Source: Anaerohalosphaeraceae bacterium | GTDB taxonomy: Bacteria; Planctomycetota; Phycisphaerae; Sedimentisphaerales; Anaerohalosphaeraceae | Direction of reading: 5' to 3' | DNA: 45,341 nucleotides | NCBI GenBank assembly: GCA_050309605.1 | Contig: JBNRMN010000066.1 | Coordinates: 1 to 45,341 of the forward strand | Part shown: positions 1-8,622 of the stretch, in pieces | Layout of the letters: each line of letters begins with the position of its first letter | How positions within the stretch are numbered: position 1 is the stretch's first letter | Program-made: the position numbers and the translations under genes | The notes under the pieces: generated by a model | Told to the model about the DNA's origin: nothing | Database searches by the model: none | Seen by the model: only the letters and a program-made list of their open reading frames with translations

Positions 1-100
1 ATATAGGCTGCTCTTTCAGAGCGTCGAGGCGTATGGCGTGTGGCCGATCTAACCCAGGGCGTTGCCCTGGGCTGGGATATGCCGCCCCTTCGGGGCGGCA
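1..100. repeat. REP-like palindromic element (cccagggc-gtt-gccctggg hairpin plus tgccgcccc-ttc-ggggcggca hairpin), possibly truncated by the window edge
   Basis: Two GC-rich hairpins at about 53-71 and 80-100 are seen directly. The architecture resembles REP sequences associated with IS200/RAYT-type HUH transposases; no transposase is in the window. Confidence 0.7.
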
Positions 101-124
101 CCAACGCGACACACCAGCGCGGCG

Positions 125-337
125 CAACAGCGCGGCGGCGCAAGCCGCCCGATACGGGGATGCGGATAAATGGGGCGTTTTTCCAAGATGCCACATGATC
201 CGGCCGCTTGCGCGGCTCGGCTGTTGTACGATGACGCGGCGCAACATCGCGGACAATAGCGCGGCGGCGCGAGCCGCCCGATCAGGCGTTACGCCGTGGG
301 TATCGCAATCCGGCCGCTTGCGCGGCTCGGCTATTGT
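125..337. repeat. Two REPIN-like units (125-226 and 253-337), each an inverted pair of ~28-nt REP-like sequences
   Basis: Left arm aa(c/t)agcgcggcggcgc(a/g)agccgcccgat and right arm atccggccgcttgcgcggctcggct(g/a)tt are imperfect reverse complements. The spacer of unit 1 (ggataaatggggcgtttttccaagatgcc) matches the copies at 7212-7712. Confidence 0.85.
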
Positions 338-695
338 ATGCGGCATTATCCGGCTCACTTGTGCGGCTCAGGTAAAATGGCCTTTCAGGCCGAAAAAGTA
401 AACATTTTCGGCCTGCTCCTGAACGCGGTGAACGCTTACGATTATTTGATAGTGCATAAACAGACTAATATTGTCAGTTTTTTTCTTGATTTTGAGGTCT
501 CATAGTGCTATCATTTGGTGGTTTTCGGAGTTGTTTGAAATGAAACAGGGGGTGTATTTGGGTTATTGTTGGAAATGACCTGAACCGTCTGCCATCATGG
601 ATGTCAATCGAGATGTGGGTGATGGACCTGCCTTGCCGTCAGTATTGTAAGCTGTCGGAGGCCGGTTAGTGATAGAAATGAAAGGGTGATGAATC

Positions 696-1559
696 ATGAA
701 CAGGTTAACCGTCATTTTTGCAATCGGTGTGTTTGCATTGGGTGCCGCAGCCCAGGCAGATTTGGTAAACATTGATTTTGATGGACCGGCGTACGTGGCT
801 GGCCAGTTACCCCCGGAACCGTGGTTGCAAGAGTACGACGGTACCGACCACAGCATTGAAGCCGAGGTGGGCTACGAAGGCACGCAAGGATTGGTGATTA
901 CCAGTGCCGAAAATTGGGCGGGCGCGACTTATGTCTTTCCATCGCCGCTGACCTCAGAAATGGGGATTGTAAAAATCTCGGTTTTGGTGAATCCAGCCAC
1001 ACCGGGCAGTGGGGACCTTTTTGGGAGTTATGGCGGAATACAAGTTGGCCGTGGACAGCAACGTTACGGCACGGCCAGTTATTTGGGTTTAATCTTTCGA
1101 ATCAATAACGGCAGCAGAGGGGTCTATGGTCCCGGCAGCATGTGGGGCACAAATCTGGGACTATCTTGGAGTTCAGGCCATTGGTACGAGGTCACATTTG
1201 AACTGAGCCAGGACTGGCAAAATATGACCATCAGCACCCGCCCCATCGGCGGCCAAGCGGTGTCAGGCACATTCGCCTGGAATGGCGGCGACATCACGCG
1301 TCTTTGGGCCAGCTCGCCGAATATCAATTCAGCCATCTATGACAATATAGTCGTGACAGTTGAAAGCCAGAATCCGACGGGTGATTTGACTGGAGACGGT
1401 TTTGTTAATCTGGCGGACGTGGCGGTTGCAGCTCAATGGTGGGCGGCGACGTGCAATGCAACGAACGGCTGGTGCGAGGGGGCTGATTTGGACCAAGACG
1501 GCATGGTTGGCATTGAAGATCTGCTCGTATTGGCCCGGCATTGGCTGGTGGACATGTAA
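696..1559 (+). CDS. Secreted protein with a beta-rich N-terminal domain and a C-terminal dockerin/EF-hand-like duplicated motif
   Basis: Signal peptide (…GAAAQA-D). C-terminus GDLTGDGFVNLADV…WW…C…WCEGADLDQDGMVGIEDLLVLARHWL. Purine-rich RBS-like sequence upstream. Confidence 0.8.
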   Translation: MNRLTVIFAIGVFALGAAAQADLVNIDFDGPAYVAGQLPPEPWLQEYDGTDHSIEAEVGYEGTQGLVITSAENWAGATYVFPSPLTSEMGIVKISVLVNPATPGSGDLFGSYGGIQVGRGQQRYGTASYLGLIFRINNGSRGVYGPGSMWGTNLGLSWSSGHWYEVTFELSQDWQNMTISTRPIGGQAVSGTFAWNGGDITRLWASSPNINSAIYDNIVVTVESQNPTGDLTGDGFVNLADVAVAAQWWAATCNATNGWCEGADLDQDGMVGIEDLLVLARHWLVDM

Positions 1560-1646
1560 GACACTGCTGTTCGAAATTGACAAACTACAAATCGTTTCGT
1601 TTCAGCGAACATCCGGCTCAGGCCAAGCCGGCGAACCTAAGAAGCG

Positions 1647-2744
1647 TTAGTCGTTGGCCCGCTTTGAAAGCCAGCATTCGCAAAACAGCAGCAAATCCGC
1701 CCAATCGACGGTGCCGGAACGATTCATGTCCATCCCGCAGCAGAAGTCGTTGTTTGCATCGCAATCGCTTTGCAGCCAATACTGCGAAAGCAAAGCAAAA
1801 TCAGCCAGGTCAGCCTGTTCGATCAGCGGCCCCTGCACAACGCCGAAATCAAACGGGCCGTAGGTGGTGTTCGGGTCCGCATCGACGAGGTATTGATAAC
1901 CCTCCGCTGGGCCTGGGGTGGTCTGTGACCAGCCTTCCGGCACCATCAGACCCAGGGCATACGTTTCGGGCGCGTCGAGATACTCAAACCGAAACAGCCC
2001 GTTCGGATCAGCCGGGGCGTTCGGCTCGGACGGCTGATAGACGCCGTCCTGATTCAAATCCAGAAAGGCCTGCCAGCCCGGCAGAAACGGCTCGCCGTCG
2101 TCCCGTCCACCGTTGGCGTTAAGGTCGTGGAAGATATACCCGTCAATGCGGGACGTGGTCTGTTCAAGCGGCGGGGCGGTATAAATCTGCATATACAATC
2201 CGGCCCAGGGATTTCCGCCGAACCAAAACGAAGACCATCCCCACCCCCACATCCAGTCATACCCATACTGCCACAGCTCATTGGCATTGCCCGCTCCGCC
2301 GGAGGCCAGCGCCAGTTGTATGGTATTGCCGGCACATTCAATCGAATAGCCGAATGGGCCATTGGGCAGGACAAAGCGGTCTGCTTCCGGGAAAACATAC
2401 TCATAGGCCTGAACGTTTATCCCCGTCGCCGGCAGATGGGTCAATGTAACCTGCTTAATCAGATAGCCGACGTCATAATATGCAATGCCGATGTTTTGGT
2501 AAAACCGCACACGCACGGTCGGCGTCACGTTGGAAGGATCGTGATAAGCAAAGATAAACCGGCTGACCAGCCCGCCGGGACTGTCGCCGTAATCGAATAT
2601 CTCAACGTTGTCGCCCGGAGTAAAGAGATACCCCGAATAGACGTCGTTGCTGTAAATCCGCGTTTCGGCCTGAACCACCGACAGCCCGATCAGCACAGAA
2701 AACACCCCCGTCAGGCTCGGCGTTCGAAGAGAAAAGGTCATCAT
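1647..2744 (-). CDS. Secreted protein with an SdrD B-like domain and a C-terminal dockerin-like motif
   Basis: Start moved to ATG 2744 (preceded by aaggaaagtgagggta; signal peptide …SVVQA-E). GYIFHDLNANGGRDDGEPFLPGWQAFLDLNQDG is SdrD-B-like. C-terminus DLADFALLSQYWL…C…FCCGMDMNRSGTVDWADLLLFCECWL. Confidence 0.8.
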   Translation of the reverse strand: MMTFSLRTPSLTGVFSVLIGLSVVQAETRIYSNDVYSGYLFTPGDNVEIFDYGDSPGGLVSRFIFAYHDPSNVTPTVRVRFYQNIGIAYYDVGYLIKQVTLTHLPATGINVQAYEYVFPEADRFVLPNGPFGYSIECAGNTIQLALASGGAGNANELWQYGYDWMWGWGWSSFWFGGNPWAGLYMQIYTAPPLEQTTSRIDGYIFHDLNANGGRDDGEPFLPGWQAFLDLNQDGVYQPSEPNAPADPNGLFRFEYLDAPETYALGLMVPEGWSQTTPGPAEGYQYLVDADPNTTYGPFDFGVVQGPLIEQADLADFALLSQYWLQSDCDANNDFCCGMDMNRSGTVDWADLLLFCECWLSKRAND

Positions 2745-2873
2745 TACCCTCACTTTCCTTCGGGTTGGTCCTATAATAGTTAATGGTGCAATTGTACAAA
2801 TCCATTTGGCCCTTGTCCAGAAAATTCGCCGAAACAAAATTGAACGCATAGCCGCTTATTGTCCGATGATATC

Positions 2874-2902
2874 TTGAATAAATCCTTTTTCGGCGGTAAG
2901 AT
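2874..2902 (+). promoter_or_regulatory. Sigma70-like promoter for the murC operon
   Basis: TTGAAT-17 nt-TAAGAT, ending 21 nt upstream of ATG 2924. Confidence 0.5.
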
Positions 2903-2923
2903 GCGCAAGAATCATAACTCCGG

Positions 2924-4327
2924 ATGGCTCAAATGAACCCATACACCGGCAAAAAATATCATTTTATCGGTATCGGCGGTATCGGTACCAGCGGACTGGC
3001 CCGATTGCTGATGCGCCAGGGGGCTGTGGTCAGCGGATCGGATATGTGCCAAAGTCCGGTCACCGACCAATTGCAGCAACTGGGGGCGACGGTTCGGCTC
3101 GGCCATACCGCAGAACATCTGGCCGACGATGTCGATGCGGTGGTCATCAGTGCGGCCGTGGCCGCGACCAATCCGGAACTGGCACGGGCATCCGAGCTGG
3201 GCTGTCCGATTCATAAATACGCTGAGATGCTCGGCAGGTTGTTCGACGCCTATTGCGGCATCGCGATCAGCGGCACGCACGGCAAAAGCACCACCAGTGC
3301 ATGGATTTCGTATCTGCTTTCAGAATATGGACTTAAGCCCAATTATATCATCGGCGCCGCAGTGCCCCAACTGGGCGGCTCCAGCGGCGCGGGCAACGGG
3401 CGGTATTTTGTCGCCGAGGCGTGCGAATACGACCGCAGCTTTTTGAACCTGCATCCGCACATCGGCGTGATTCTTAATATCGAGCAGGATCATCTGGATT
3501 ATTATCGAAACGAAGACGAGATTGTCGATGCCTTCAGCGAATTCGCTTTCGGGGTCAAACCGGACGGCGTCCTGATTGCCAACGGGACCGATAAAAACGT
3601 CGCCCGCGTCCTGCGCCGGCTCAAAGACCGTCGGCGCGTGATTACGGTCGGGCCGGAGCCGGGGTGCGATTATACAGCCGAGAATGTCCAGCTTGTCGAG
3701 GGGCTTTATGCGTTTGATCTGGTCCGCAGCGGCCAGACGCTTGGCCGGACAAAAAGCGGCCTGCCGGGTCGGCACAATGTCTATAATGCCCTGATCGCCG
3801 CGGCGGTATGCCTTGAAGCGGGCGTACCGGAATCGGACGTTCTTGAGCAACTGGGACAATTCGAGGGGATCGACCGCCGGCTGATGTTCAAGGCAAAGCT
3901 CAACGGCGTGACCATTCTGGACGATTACGCTCACCATCCGACGGAGATTCGCGCGTCGCTGGCCGCGATTCGACAACGGTACGCCCCGCGGCGGCTGTGG
4001 TGTATTTTTCAGCCCCATCAGTACAGCCGAACCCGTTTTTTACTTGATGATTTCGCGGAAAGTTTTAAGCTTGCCGATATGACCATCGTGCCGGAGATTT
4101 ACTTCGTGCGGGACACCGCCGAAAGCAAAAGCACGGTCAACGCCGAGACGCTGGTCGAACGGATTCGACAGCAGCAGTGTCAGGCGCTGTTTATCAATGA
4201 GTTTGCCGGTATTGTCAACCACTTAAAACAACACGTCCGAGACGGCGATCTGGTCGTAACCATGGGCGCCGGGACCATTTGGAAAGTTGCCGATGAGTAT
4301 ATTCAATGGCTTAGAGAACATCGTTAA
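2924..4327 (+). CDS. murC: UDP-N-acetylmuramate--L-alanine ligase
   Basis: HFIGIGGIGTSGLA, GTHGKSTT, EACEYDRSF, DHLDYY, DDYAHHPTE, FQPHQYSRT and TMGAG motifs. Alternative start at 2933. Confidence 0.97.
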   Translation: MAQMNPYTGKKYHFIGIGGIGTSGLARLLMRQGAVVSGSDMCQSPVTDQLQQLGATVRLGHTAEHLADDVDAVVISAAVAATNPELARASELGCPIHKYAEMLGRLFDAYCGIAISGTHGKSTTSAWISYLLSEYGLKPNYIIGAAVPQLGGSSGAGNGRYFVAEACEYDRSFLNLHPHIGVILNIEQDHLDYYRNEDEIVDAFSEFAFGVKPDGVLIANGTDKNVARVLRRLKDRRRVITVGPEPGCDYTAENVQLVEGLYAFDLVRSGQTLGRTKSGLPGRHNVYNALIAAAVCLEAGVPESDVLEQLGQFEGIDRRLMFKAKLNGVTILDDYAHHPTEIRASLAAIRQRYAPRRLWCIFQPHQYSRTRFLLDDFAESFKLADMTIVPEIYFVRDTAESKSTVNAETLVERIRQQQCQALFINEFAGIVNHLKQHVRDGDLVVTMGAGTIWKVADEYIQWLREHR

Positions 4328-5171
4328 GGAAAATGTACCGCTGAAGGACCTGACGTGGTACGCCCTGGGCGGACAGGCCGAGTATCTCGTGCGTCCGCAG
4401 ACCGTGGAACAGCTTCAGGAGGTGGTGCGGCGCTGCGGGCAGGAACAAATGCCGATGCGGGTTTTGGGGTTTGGCTCCAATCTGCTGGTCAGCGATGAAG
4501 GCGTCAAAGGGGTGGTGCTCAAACTCGACGCCGAGCCGTTCACCCGCGCCGCCTTTGAACAGACCTCCCTCAAAGCCGCCGCGGGAGCCAGTCTGAACAA
4601 GCTGGTCCTTGACTCAGTGCGCAAAGGGCTGTGCGGCCTGGAAGCGTTGACGGGCATTCCCGGCTCAATCGGCGGGGCCATCCGAATGAACGCCGGCGGC
4701 AACTTCGGCGACATCGGCTCGTGCACGCAAAGCGTCACCGTGATGGACATCAACGGCGAGATTTTCGAAAAATGCAAACCTGAACTGGTGTTTGATTATC
4801 GCTGGGTCAATATCACCGCCCCGATCATTCTGGAAGCGACGCTTGAACTGACGCCGTCGGACCCCGATCAGATGCTCAAGACCGTCAAGGAAGTGTGGAT
4901 TTACAAGAAAAACACGCAGCCGCTGAATACGCGCAATGCCGGATGCATCTTCAAAAATCCGCGCGGTATGAGCGCCGGCGCCCTGATCGACAGAGCCGGA
5001 CTGAAAGGCGCCCAGGTCGGCGGTGCGGCCGTCAGCGAAAAACACGCCAATTTCATCTCCACTGAAAGCGGCTGTACGAGCGCCGATGTCAAACAGCTCA
5101 TTGACCTGGTCCGCGAGAAGGTCAAAGAAAAATTCGACGTGGAACTCGAACTGGAAATTGAAATATGGTAA
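4293..5171 (+). CDS. murB: UDP-N-acetylenolpyruvoylglucosamine reductase
   Basis: LGFGSNLLVSD, GIPGSIGGAIRMNAG, NAGCIFKNP, SEKHANF and LELEI motifs. ATG 4293 overlaps the end of murC. Confidence 0.97.
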   Translation: MSIFNGLENIVKENVPLKDLTWYALGGQAEYLVRPQTVEQLQEVVRRCGQEQMPMRVLGFGSNLLVSDEGVKGVVLKLDAEPFTRAAFEQTSLKAAAGASLNKLVLDSVRKGLCGLEALTGIPGSIGGAIRMNAGGNFGDIGSCTQSVTVMDINGEIFEKCKPELVFDYRWVNITAPIILEATLELTPSDPDQMLKTVKEVWIYKKNTQPLNTRNAGCIFKNPRGMSAGALIDRAGLKGAQVGGAAVSEKHANFISTESGCTSADVKQLIDLVREKVKEKFDVELELEIEIW

Positions 5172-5180
5172 GCAACATTT

Positions 5181-5215
5181 AATTCTTAATTCTTAATTCT
5201 CAATTCTAAATTCAG
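5181..5215. repeat. Heptamer tandem repeat (aattctt, aattctt, aattctc, aattcta, aattcag) in the murB-ddl spacer
   Basis: Five consecutive 7-nt units, seen directly. Confidence 0.9.
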
Positions 5216-5216
5216 A

Positions 5217-6197
5217 ATGCCGAACACCCAAAGAAATCGCATAAAAGTTGCCGTCCTGGCCGGGGGGATTGGTTCGGAACGTCAGGTCAGTCTTCAAAGC
5301 GGTCAGACGATCTATTCGGCCCTGCTGGAAGCGGGGCTGGAAGCGGTGCGGGCGGATATAACGCCGGAGCAGACGCAGATTCTGGACGATGCGTCGATTG
5401 ATGTATTTTTTCTGGCACTGCACGGACGTTTCGGTGAGGACGGCGGCGTCCAGGAGCTGCTGGAGCGGCGGCAGCGTGCTTTTACCGGCGCCGGCGCCGC
5501 GGCCAGCCGAACGGCATTCGATAAAATCGCAAGCAAGGCCGCCTTTGCCCGGGTCGGGGCAAACGTCCCGCGGCAGATCATCGTTTCGCCGGACGATACG
5601 GAGTCAACGCTTGTGCGAAAGCTGAGCGGCTTTGCCCGGCGCGTCGTGGTCAAGCCGGTTCGCGAAGGCAGCAGTGTGGGCGTGAACATCACAGCCGACG
5701 CGAAAACGGCCGCACAGAAGGCAATGCAGTGTGTTCAAACCTTCGGCGATTGCATGATTGAAGAGTTCATTGCAGGACGTGAAATCACCGTCGGCATCGT
5801 CAACGGACAGGCCCTGCCGATTATTGAGATTCGCAGCAAGGCCGCTTTTTATGATTACAACGCCAAATACATCGCCGATTCAACCGAATATTTGTTCGAT
5901 ACCATTACCGAGACCGCACTGGTTGAACAGATTCAAAAAACGGCGCTGGATTGTTTTAATGTGCTGGGCTGTCGCCATTTAAGTCGGGTTGATCTGATTT
6001 TAAGCGAGGCCCAGGCGCCATATGTGCTGGAGATCAATACGCTGCCGGGCTTTACGAGCCATTCACTGCTGCCGATGGCGGCGCGAAAGGCGGGGATTCC
6101 GACACCCGACCTGTGCCGCCGGATCGTCGAGGCGGCCTGGCGCGATCATTGCGCCGCCGTGAAACCCTCATCATTGGAAGGGGTACCCGCACAATGA
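5217..6197 (+). CDS. ddl: D-alanine--D-alanine ligase
   Basis: GGIGSERQVSLQSG, LHGRFGEDG, KPVREGSSVGV, FYDYNAKY and LEINTLPGFTSHSL motifs. Confidence 0.96.
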   Translation: MPNTQRNRIKVAVLAGGIGSERQVSLQSGQTIYSALLEAGLEAVRADITPEQTQILDDASIDVFFLALHGRFGEDGGVQELLERRQRAFTGAGAAASRTAFDKIASKAAFARVGANVPRQIIVSPDDTESTLVRKLSGFARRVVVKPVREGSSVGVNITADAKTAAQKAMQCVQTFGDCMIEEFIAGREITVGIVNGQALPIIEIRSKAAFYDYNAKYIADSTEYLFDTITETALVEQIQKTALDCFNVLGCRHLSRVDLILSEAQAPYVLEINTLPGFTSHSLLPMAARKAGIPTPDLCRRIVEAAWRDHCAAVKPSSLEGVPAQ

Positions 6198-7171
6198 CTA
6201 AACGTAAAAAAACAAAAAAAGCCGAAAACGCCAAAGGCTGGTTCAGCTTTCTGAAGCGCGACGGCAAAAAGAAATCTGCCGCCAAGCCCGCGCCGCGCAA
6301 ACGCAAGAAAAAAGACGCTCCGCGCATCGGCCCGTCGCTGCGAATCACATTGACCATTGCAGGGTTTGCTCTGCTGACTGCGGCCCTGGCGACCGGTTTC
6401 AGGACGCTGGAACGATATGTCAAAAACCAGCAGCAGGACAAGATGCCTACGGGCCCGTTGAAACTGGTTGATCCGCCGATATGGCTTGGTCAGACATGGG
6501 TGGATCATCTGATTCACATCCTTGGCGGCAACTGGTTCGTGTTGAATGAAACCACCGCTCGTACCGTCAGCGAAAAGGCAAAGCAGATTCCCTGGCTCTC
6601 CGATGTGCACGTGCACGTAACGCCTTTGCATGTGGAGCTGTCAGCAAGCTATCGTCGGCCTCTGGTGTCGGTAACCATTGATGGACGGCGGTATTATGTG
6701 GATGAGAAAATGGTTGTATTTGATGCGCTGCCGGTCACGAAGATTGCCGTTCCGGAAGTTATCGGGTTTACGTCGCGTTTGGCGCCCTCACCGGGAACGG
6801 TCTGGCGGGCCGAGGATGTTCGCGCCGCGATGGAACTGGCTCATCGGCTGGCCTTGATGGATCAGCTCATGGCCGCGGCGGAAGAACCTCTCGTCAAACC
6901 GCTGCTGGATGAGATTGCCGCCATTGATGTGTCCAACTTTTCCGGTCGTCAAAGCACGGCGAAGCCGCATCTGGTGCTGAACGTCAAAGACAGCGATACA
7001 AAGGTTCATTGGGGCGCTGCCTGGGGACAGGCCGCTCGCCTGATGGAAGCCGACGAGAAGGAAAAGGTGGCCACGTTATACCAGTTTTATGTTGAAAATG
7101 GGCACACGCTGAAGGGAATCGCCAAATTCATTGATTTGACCCAGCCGCGAAGTCTGGTTCCGCGGCTCTGA
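6194..7171 (+). CDS. ftsQ: FtsQ/DivIB-like cell division protein
   Basis: ATGA overlap with the ddl stop. Lys-rich cytoplasmic tail, one TM helix, then a POTRA-like segment (WLSDVHVH…YRRPLV…YYVDE). Canonical dcw position after ddl. Confidence 0.7.
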   Translation: MTKRKKTKKAENAKGWFSFLKRDGKKKSAAKPAPRKRKKKDAPRIGPSLRITLTIAGFALLTAALATGFRTLERYVKNQQQDKMPTGPLKLVDPPIWLGQTWVDHLIHILGGNWFVLNETTARTVSEKAKQIPWLSDVHVHVTPLHVELSASYRRPLVSVTIDGRRYYVDEKMVVFDALPVTKIAVPEVIGFTSRLAPSPGTVWRAEDVRAAMELAHRLALMDQLMAAAEEPLVKPLLDEIAAIDVSNFSGRQSTAKPHLVLNVKDSDTKVHWGAAWGQAARLMEADEKEKVATLYQFYVENGHTLKGIAKFIDLTQPRSLVPRL

Positions 7172-7211
7172 TCGCCACAGCATAGAGCGCAGCACAACAC
7201 CGCAGCGCAAT

Positions 7212-7712
7212 AGCACGCACAATAGCGCGGCGTAATAGCGCGGCCGCGCGAGCGGCCCGATCAGCGATACGGATAGATGGGGCGTTTTCCAAGACGCCGC
7301 ATAATCCGGCCGCTCGCGCCGCTCGGCTATTGTTATGAATCCGGTTCACTCGCGCCATTCGGCTGTTATAAACTCTCCCCCTGTCAAGGGGGAGTACCGC
7401 GAAGCGGGGAGGGGGTATAAAGCAAAAAAGATTCCATGGCCGCAGTGTGGCCAAATGAGAAGCATAGGCAGCAACGACGAATACGCACGGGGGGACGCAA
7501 CCACCCCTGTCCTGCTAACGCAGGACGTCCCCTCCTTGAAAAGGAGGGGAGCCAAACAACAGCACGCACAATAGCGCGGCGCAATAGCGCGGCCGCGCAA
7601 GCGGCCCGATACGGGATACGGATAGATGGGACGTTTTCCAAGACGCCACATAATCCGGCCGCTCGCGCGGCTCGGCTATTGTTATGAATCCGGTTCACTC
7701 GCGCCATTCGGC
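7212..7712. repeat. Composite repeat cluster: two 152-bp direct repeats (7212-7363 and 7561-7712), each containing a REPIN-like inverted pair, flanking two hairpin elements of a second family
   Basis: The copies differ at about 8 positions by manual count and belong to the same family as 125-337. Confidence 0.92.
7375..7550. repeat. Two oppositely oriented 'CCCCT…AGGGG' hairpin elements (7375-7416 and 7500-7550)
   Basis: ctccccct-gtca-agggggag + ccgc-gaa-gcgg + G-run, and C-run + gtcctgc-taac-gcaggac + tcccctcctt-gaa-aaggagggga. Confidence 0.8.
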
Positions 7713-7717
7713 CGCTG

Positions 7718-8173
7718 TCAAGGGCTGTTCAGCGCGGTTTTCAAGTCCATATAATAATAGGACACTCGAAATTGCCGGCAGAGGTGTTTGAGCTGCTTCA
7801 GCGCCGCCTCGGTCAGATCGCTTTGCGCCGCGGCGCTGCCGCTGCATTGAAAGATGCGGCATCCGGCAAACCGCCAAGGATAGACGCTGCATCGTCCGTC
7901 GATACGATACGGACAAGCCCCGTCGGTCATGGGCTTTAGAGGCCGTCCGACGTGATGGGCAAAATACAGCAGTTCCGGCGTCGTGATATAAAGCCGATGG
8001 CCGAATGCCTCAAAATCACAGCATCTGCCGCAGGCCCGGCACGATGCGGCCTGATCACTCGCACCGACAGCCTCATCAAGCCGCCGGTAGAGCGCGGCGA
8101 CCTCTTTGAACAGCACCCGACAGGACGACAGACCGGGATGATAATCGGACCATGAAAACATCACCGCCCTCAC
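7718..8173 (-). CDS. YkgJ-like cysteine-cluster (putative Fe-S/Zn) protein
   Basis: CRACGRCC…CPY…CSVYPWRFAGCRIFQC. GTGA overlap with the upstream stop. Confidence 0.8.
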   Translation of the reverse strand: MRAVMFSWSDYHPGLSSCRVLFKEVAALYRRLDEAVGASDQAASCRACGRCCDFEAFGHRLYITTPELLYFAHHVGRPLKPMTDGACPYRIDGRCSVYPWRFAGCRIFQCSGSAAAQSDLTEAALKQLKHLCRQFRVSYYYMDLKTALNSP

Positions 8174-8622
8174 CTCTGCCAGAATTTCTGTTTGCGAAGA
8201 CGCTCAATATCCTCAAACGCATACAACCGCCCGCGATTGATGCCGGGGCACTTGACCGCGGCCCTATTCCAGTCATCCGGCGAGGCAAGATTCTCATTCC
8301 AGAACGGCCACGTGCGGCACTGATTGGGGCGAACCGAATAGATCGCACAGCCCCGGCAGCCGTTATTGCTCGGCGTCAGAAAGATACAGTCATTGGTCAT
8401 CGGATCTTCGATGATGCTCAATCGAAAACCGACGCGGCGAACGTATTGTTTGCGCACCGCCTCGACCGACATCCGCAGGTGCTCGGCCAGCCGCTCAATC
8501 TCGCGGGTCGTGATCCAGATATAGCCTTCTTCCGGCCCGGCGCAGCAGCGGCCGCAGCCGGTGCACTCAAAATGCAGCCCGCAGGCGTACCAGCATTTGC
8601 TCTTGATCATTTTGTCTATCAT
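8170..8622 (-). CDS. YkgJ family cysteine-cluster protein (CxxCxxCC)
   Basis: GLHFECTGCGRCC…CIFL…CAIYSVRPNQCRTWPFW…CPGI. ATGA overlap with the recO stop. Confidence 0.9.
   Translation of the reverse strand: MIDKMIKSKCWYACGLHFECTGCGRCCAGPEEGYIWITTREIERLAEHLRMSVEAVRKQYVRRVGFRLSIIEDPMTNDCIFLTPSNNGCRGCAIYSVRPNQCRTWPFWNENLASPDDWNRAAVKCPGINRGRLYAFEDIERLRKQKFWQR

Noticed and set aside
560..695. Possible riboswitch in the leader of the 696 gene (ccatca…tgatgg stem; ggtgatgg resembles the start of a fluoride riboswitch)
   Set aside because: The other conserved elements of fluoride or c-di-GMP riboswitches are not recognisable, and the downstream gene does not fit. An Rfam cmscan would settle it.
7128..7707. 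Several short ORFs with duplicated peptide text (for example MARVNRIHNNSRAARAAG…) and ORF 33-401
   Set aside because: These are translations of the REP/REPIN repeats, not genes.
7212..7712. Possible CRISPR array
   Set aside because: The repeats are inverted doublets and long direct duplications with shared rather than unique spacers. There is no regular period and no cas gene.
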